A stretch of DNA of 10,871 bases from Promethearchaeota archaeon (lineage in GTDB: Archaea > Asgardarchaeota > Lokiarchaeia > Sigyniarchaeales > SOKP01): assembly GCA_016926735.1 (NCBI GenBank), contig JAFGOA010000151.1:1-10871 (forward strand), written 5' to 3'. The position numbers and the translations under genes are program-made. Of this stretch, positions 7,781-10,871 are shown in pieces (positions within the stretch are counted from its first letter, which is position 1; the number at the start of each line of letters is the position of its first letter). A model generated the notes under the pieces. That model saw nothing but the letters and a program-made list of their open reading frames with translations, was not told the origin of the DNA and did no database searches.

Positions 7781-8348
7781 GGACTTCTTTCATTATTTGG
7801 TCGTATTTGCCTTGATCTTTTAATATTTGTACAGATTCTTCGTAAGTTTCCTTATAATCAAGAACATTTTTATATTTCTCAAAAGTTAGAAAATAAATAT
7901 TACTATGCGAACAAAAACACATTGATAGATATTCTGTAGAATAATATTCTAAGTTTTCATCTTCAAAAATTACGCAAACTTTAATACTTTTAGTTGTGAA
8001 TTTCCCATTTAATAAATATTTTTTAATATTTTCAGTGGAATTTATTTTATTTAGTAATACTTCTGAACAAAAAACTAATAACTCTCTTGCTTTTTCAACA
8101 TTGACTTTTTCATGAGATCTAAAAGTAAGAGATACTTCTTGATGCAAATCATTAATATCAGTTCCTCCTCCAAAACCTATTAATTCAAGATGTTTTGTTT
8201 TTTTTAGGATTTTAGCAGTTTTAAAAAGTACTTTGTTAACAAGAGCTTCATCATTTGGAATAAGAGAACAATTTGTGGAAAAAAACAATAATATCATTAT
8301 TAGTAAATTACATTTTTTATTTTTCCTAAATACTTTTAATATATTCAT
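7758..8348 (-). CDS. Putative lipoprotein; probable cognate immunity protein of the RHS toxin
   Basis: Overlaps the RHS stop by 23 nt when started at ATG 8348 (MNILKVFRKNKK-hydrophobic-STNC, a lipoprotein-like signal). The 8414 start would overlap RHS by 89 nt and bury the signal. The immunity role is inferred from position. Confidence 0.75.
   Translation of the reverse strand: MNILKVFRKNKKCNLLIMILLFFSTNCSLIPNDEALVNKVLFKTAKILKKTKHLELIGFGGGTDINDLHQEVSLTFRSHEKVNVEKARELLVFCSEVLLNKINSTENIKKYLLNGKFTTKSIKVCVIFEDENLEYYSTEYLSMCFCSHSNIYFLTFEKYKNVLDYKETYEESVQILKDQGKYDQIMKEVHEVCNKY
7759..7850. repeat. 92-bp direct repeat, copy 2 (3' end of immunity paralog 1 and start of paralog 2)
   Basis: Encodes ETYEESVQILKDQGKYDQIMKEVHEVCNKY, against ETYEEAVQILKDQGKYDQIMKEVHEACNKY in the other copy. 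Confidence 0.95.
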
Positions 8349-10787
8349 TGATTTGATACCTAATAGGTTTTTCAAATGTTGGACTAACAAAAGTATGATC
8401 AAATATAGGTGCATTAGGATGAGATCTTAACAAATTAACATTTTTCCTACATTTAATTCTTCCAATTAAGTCTAATTCATAAACGGCATCTCTTCCGCTC
8501 CCATAATAATCACAGCTTAAGCAGTGTTTCCTTTTAGTATATCCAGCAGGAGATATTCCTACAATCCTAACTCTTTTTTGTTCTTCGTGTGTTAGAGATA
8601 ACATAGTTAACTTTGTTGAAATAGCGCCACCGCTAGTTGCAAAAAGTAAAATAGGAGTTGTCTTAGATCTTGATAGTCCTTCTTTGATGTTATTTCTTAG
8701 TTTTAGAGATTCTGTAAAAGGGATTCCATTTAATTGAAGAGAATGTTTTCTGGCATCGTTATACACATTCTCAGTAGTGGATTTATAAGTAACATGGACA
8801 TTATAACCTCCAGATATATCAGATATGTAATTAGCAAAGTTTTTTGCCTCGTCTGGTTTTGTCATTATTCCATTATGAAATATTATGTATCCTCCGTTTG
8901 GTACTTCAGGCTTTCCTAAATCAAAATTATGAGATTCATGAGGTGATTTAAAAAAGTATTTTTCATTTACAATTCCTAGCTCTTTAGATTCAAAAAAATC
9001 AACGTTATTTTTTTTGTAAGTTCCCATTTTATATAATTGGTCAGCAGTTAAAAGACCATATAGATCAGCAAATGCAAGAGGGTTGTTCAAAACAAAGGCA
9101 TACAGATTAAGGCCATCAGTAAAACCGGATGGATCAGGGGAGAGCCATCTACCTATGCTTGGATCATAGTAACGCCTTCCATAAAATATTAGAGAGGTTT
9201 CATCAGTATGTTTTGAGGCAAATCTCCAAGGGTTTTTAAGTATTGAGGTTTTAGAAATTTTATCATTTTGAAATATTTTTTCTTCTCCATATGCGCTATA
9301 TAGGTAATATTCCACAGGTATGTTGTCTTGGGATAAAATCATTGATATATTGCCTAAAAGATCATTTATAGGAAGGTATATTTGATTTTTTATCTCTAAT
9401 GCTATAGCAGCTCCCAGTTCTGCTTCAGGAGCATAACCTAATATGCGTAATTGATATATTCTGTTATTAAAGCATGTTGCTATTTCGTCTTGATCATCAT
9501 ATAGAAAATTATAATCCTTATCATATACATATTCATCGTATCTGAATGTATAAATCAATTTAGATATTCTTCTATGCATGCTGTCATATGAAAAAGTGTA
9601 TAAATATTCATTTTCCTTTAATATGTTAATTAACCTATCTAATGCATCATATTTGTAATAAATGGGTCCATCAGGAGTGTCTTTTCGTATAGAATTTCCA
9701 TTTTTATCGTAAATAATATGAAGGTTTTCAGATGATTCAACCTGGTTTAAATTGTTTATAACATAAGAATCATCATTTTTTGAGCGTCTATTATTTAAAG
9801 AGTCAAAAGAATATTTATTGGAAAAAATTCCGTCTTCTTCAATAAGCTGCTCTAGATCATCATATTTAAATGAAGATGATAGATTTTTAGAAGGTGTTTT
9901 ATATGTAATTTTTTTTATATTTCCACAAGGATCAATATCATCTATTGATTGTGAGAAACAAGTAGACTCAATATTAATTTTTTGTCCTAAAGAATCAAAA
10001 TTTTGATAGATGTACGAATTATTAATTGTTTTCTGTTTATGGCAAAGTCCAGCTAGATCATATTCTGAATATTCATGTGAGTATTTTATATTTCCATTAG
10101 CATCTTTTCTAATTACCTTTTCTAGATAAAGAGGGTTGTATAAATATTCCACAGAGGAAGTGTCAAGCAGTAATGTTTTTGTTTTTCTTCCAATTAGGTC
10201 ATATTGATATTTAATGCTTAAGCCATTTTCTAATGTTTCTGAAATAAGATTGTTTTTTGAATCAAATTCCCTAAAGGTCTCCATTTGATTTTTTACATTT
10301 TTGCTATATATTAATTCTCCTGATTTATTGTATGTGAAAATGTAGTGAATTGACAAATCAGAAGATTTTAATAATGAAGGATTTCCTAAAGTGTCGTATT
10401 CATTATAAAGAATAGTTCCATCAGGTTTTATTGTTTCTTTTATTTGTCCTTTATTTGTGTATGTATATTGAGTAATTTTATCATCAGGCTCTATTAGATG
10501 AGTTATTCTATTCATTGAGTCATATTGTTTTAATAAAAAGATTTCATTTATTGGGGTTTTGTTATAAATGACAGAAGTTGTTTCTTTTATAATATTTAAG
10601 TTTGAATCGTAGGTATATAGGTGATTTGATAATAATTCATTGTTAGAATTTCTTTTTTCAATGTTAGATATCTTATTATGTGAATTAAATGTTTCTATTG
10701 TCTTTTTACCCATAGGGTCAGTTTCAATTTTTTGTAAATAACCCGGAATGTTGAAACTAGATTTAATTTCATTGTATTCAAATGAAT
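8326..10787 (-). CDS. RHS/YD-repeat polymorphic toxin with C-terminal alpha/beta-hydrolase (DUF687-like) domain; 5'-truncated by an IS
   Basis: Many YD repeats. RHS core PWRFASK...YGRRYYDPSIGRWLSPDP...NLYAFVLNNPLAFADLYGL ends at 9052. The 241-aa tip has IIFHNGI, ATSGG, RDAV and FDHTF. The sequence begins mid-repeat, directly against an IS end. Confidence 0.9.
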
Positions 10788-10871
10788 GGCGTTGTTGCAT
10801 AAGTCAAAAATAAAAAACAAGATTCCTTTGGAATATTGATTTTTTAGATAACCTGCGGCATTCCCAAGCTG
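10788..10871 (-). mobile_element. Right end of an IS5-family (IS903 group) insertion sequence, running off the window
   Basis: GGCGTTGTTGCATAAGTC at 10788-10805 matches 15/18 bases of the IS903 terminal repeat as I recall it (GGCTTTGTTGAATAAATC). A transposase-like tail lies 38 nt further in. Confidence 0.85.
10844..10870 (-). CDS. Last codons of an IS903-group transposase (partial)
   Basis: The minus strand reads SLGMPQVI*. LGMP is a typical C-terminal motif of IS903-like transposases, and it points toward the IR. Confidence 0.7.
   Translation of the reverse strand, partial: SLGMPQVI

Noticed and set aside
7195-7850. 92-bp repeats as a CRISPR array or DGR TR/VR pair
   Set aside because: Only two copies, both coding and 564 bp apart. 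Mismatches are not confined to adenines, and no cas or reverse transcriptase gene is in the window.
8349-8414. Upstream ATG giving the 218-aa immunity ORF
   Set aside because: It overlaps the toxin's putative catalytic His region. ATG 8348 gives a proper signal peptide, a length matching the paralog and the recurring 23-nt overlap.
8233-10006. Short + strand ORFs 8233..8430, 8734..8919 and 9818..10006
   Set aside because: Antisense to the RHS and immunity genes; no supporting features.
10822-10834. Hairpin ATTCC-TTT-GGAAT before a T-rich run in the IS end
   Set aside because: The 5-bp stem is too weak to call a terminator.

Overview
Very AT-rich bacterial window (roughly 25-30% GC by eye); the gene families look most like environmental Chlamydiae, which is an inference. 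Left part: a + strand cluster of a 5'-truncated RanBP2-type zinc-finger protein, a tandem retropepsin-like aspartyl protease and a nucleotidyltransferase-cupin fusion. It abuts a convergent, divergent adenylate-kinase-like gene. Middle: a DUF2339-like polytopic membrane protein overlapping an M48 metallopeptidase. Right part (- strand): a polymorphic toxin locus. An RHS/YD protein ending in an alpha/beta-hydrolase (DUF687-like) domain is followed by two paralogous putative lipoprotein immunity genes, the second frameshifted. The two paralogs are divergent except for a near-identical 92-bp 3' block that also carries the ATG of the next gene, with a 23-nt overlap at each junction. The RHS gene is cut at its 5' end by an IS5-family (IS903-group) element, whose terminal inverted repeat supplies the apparent start codon.
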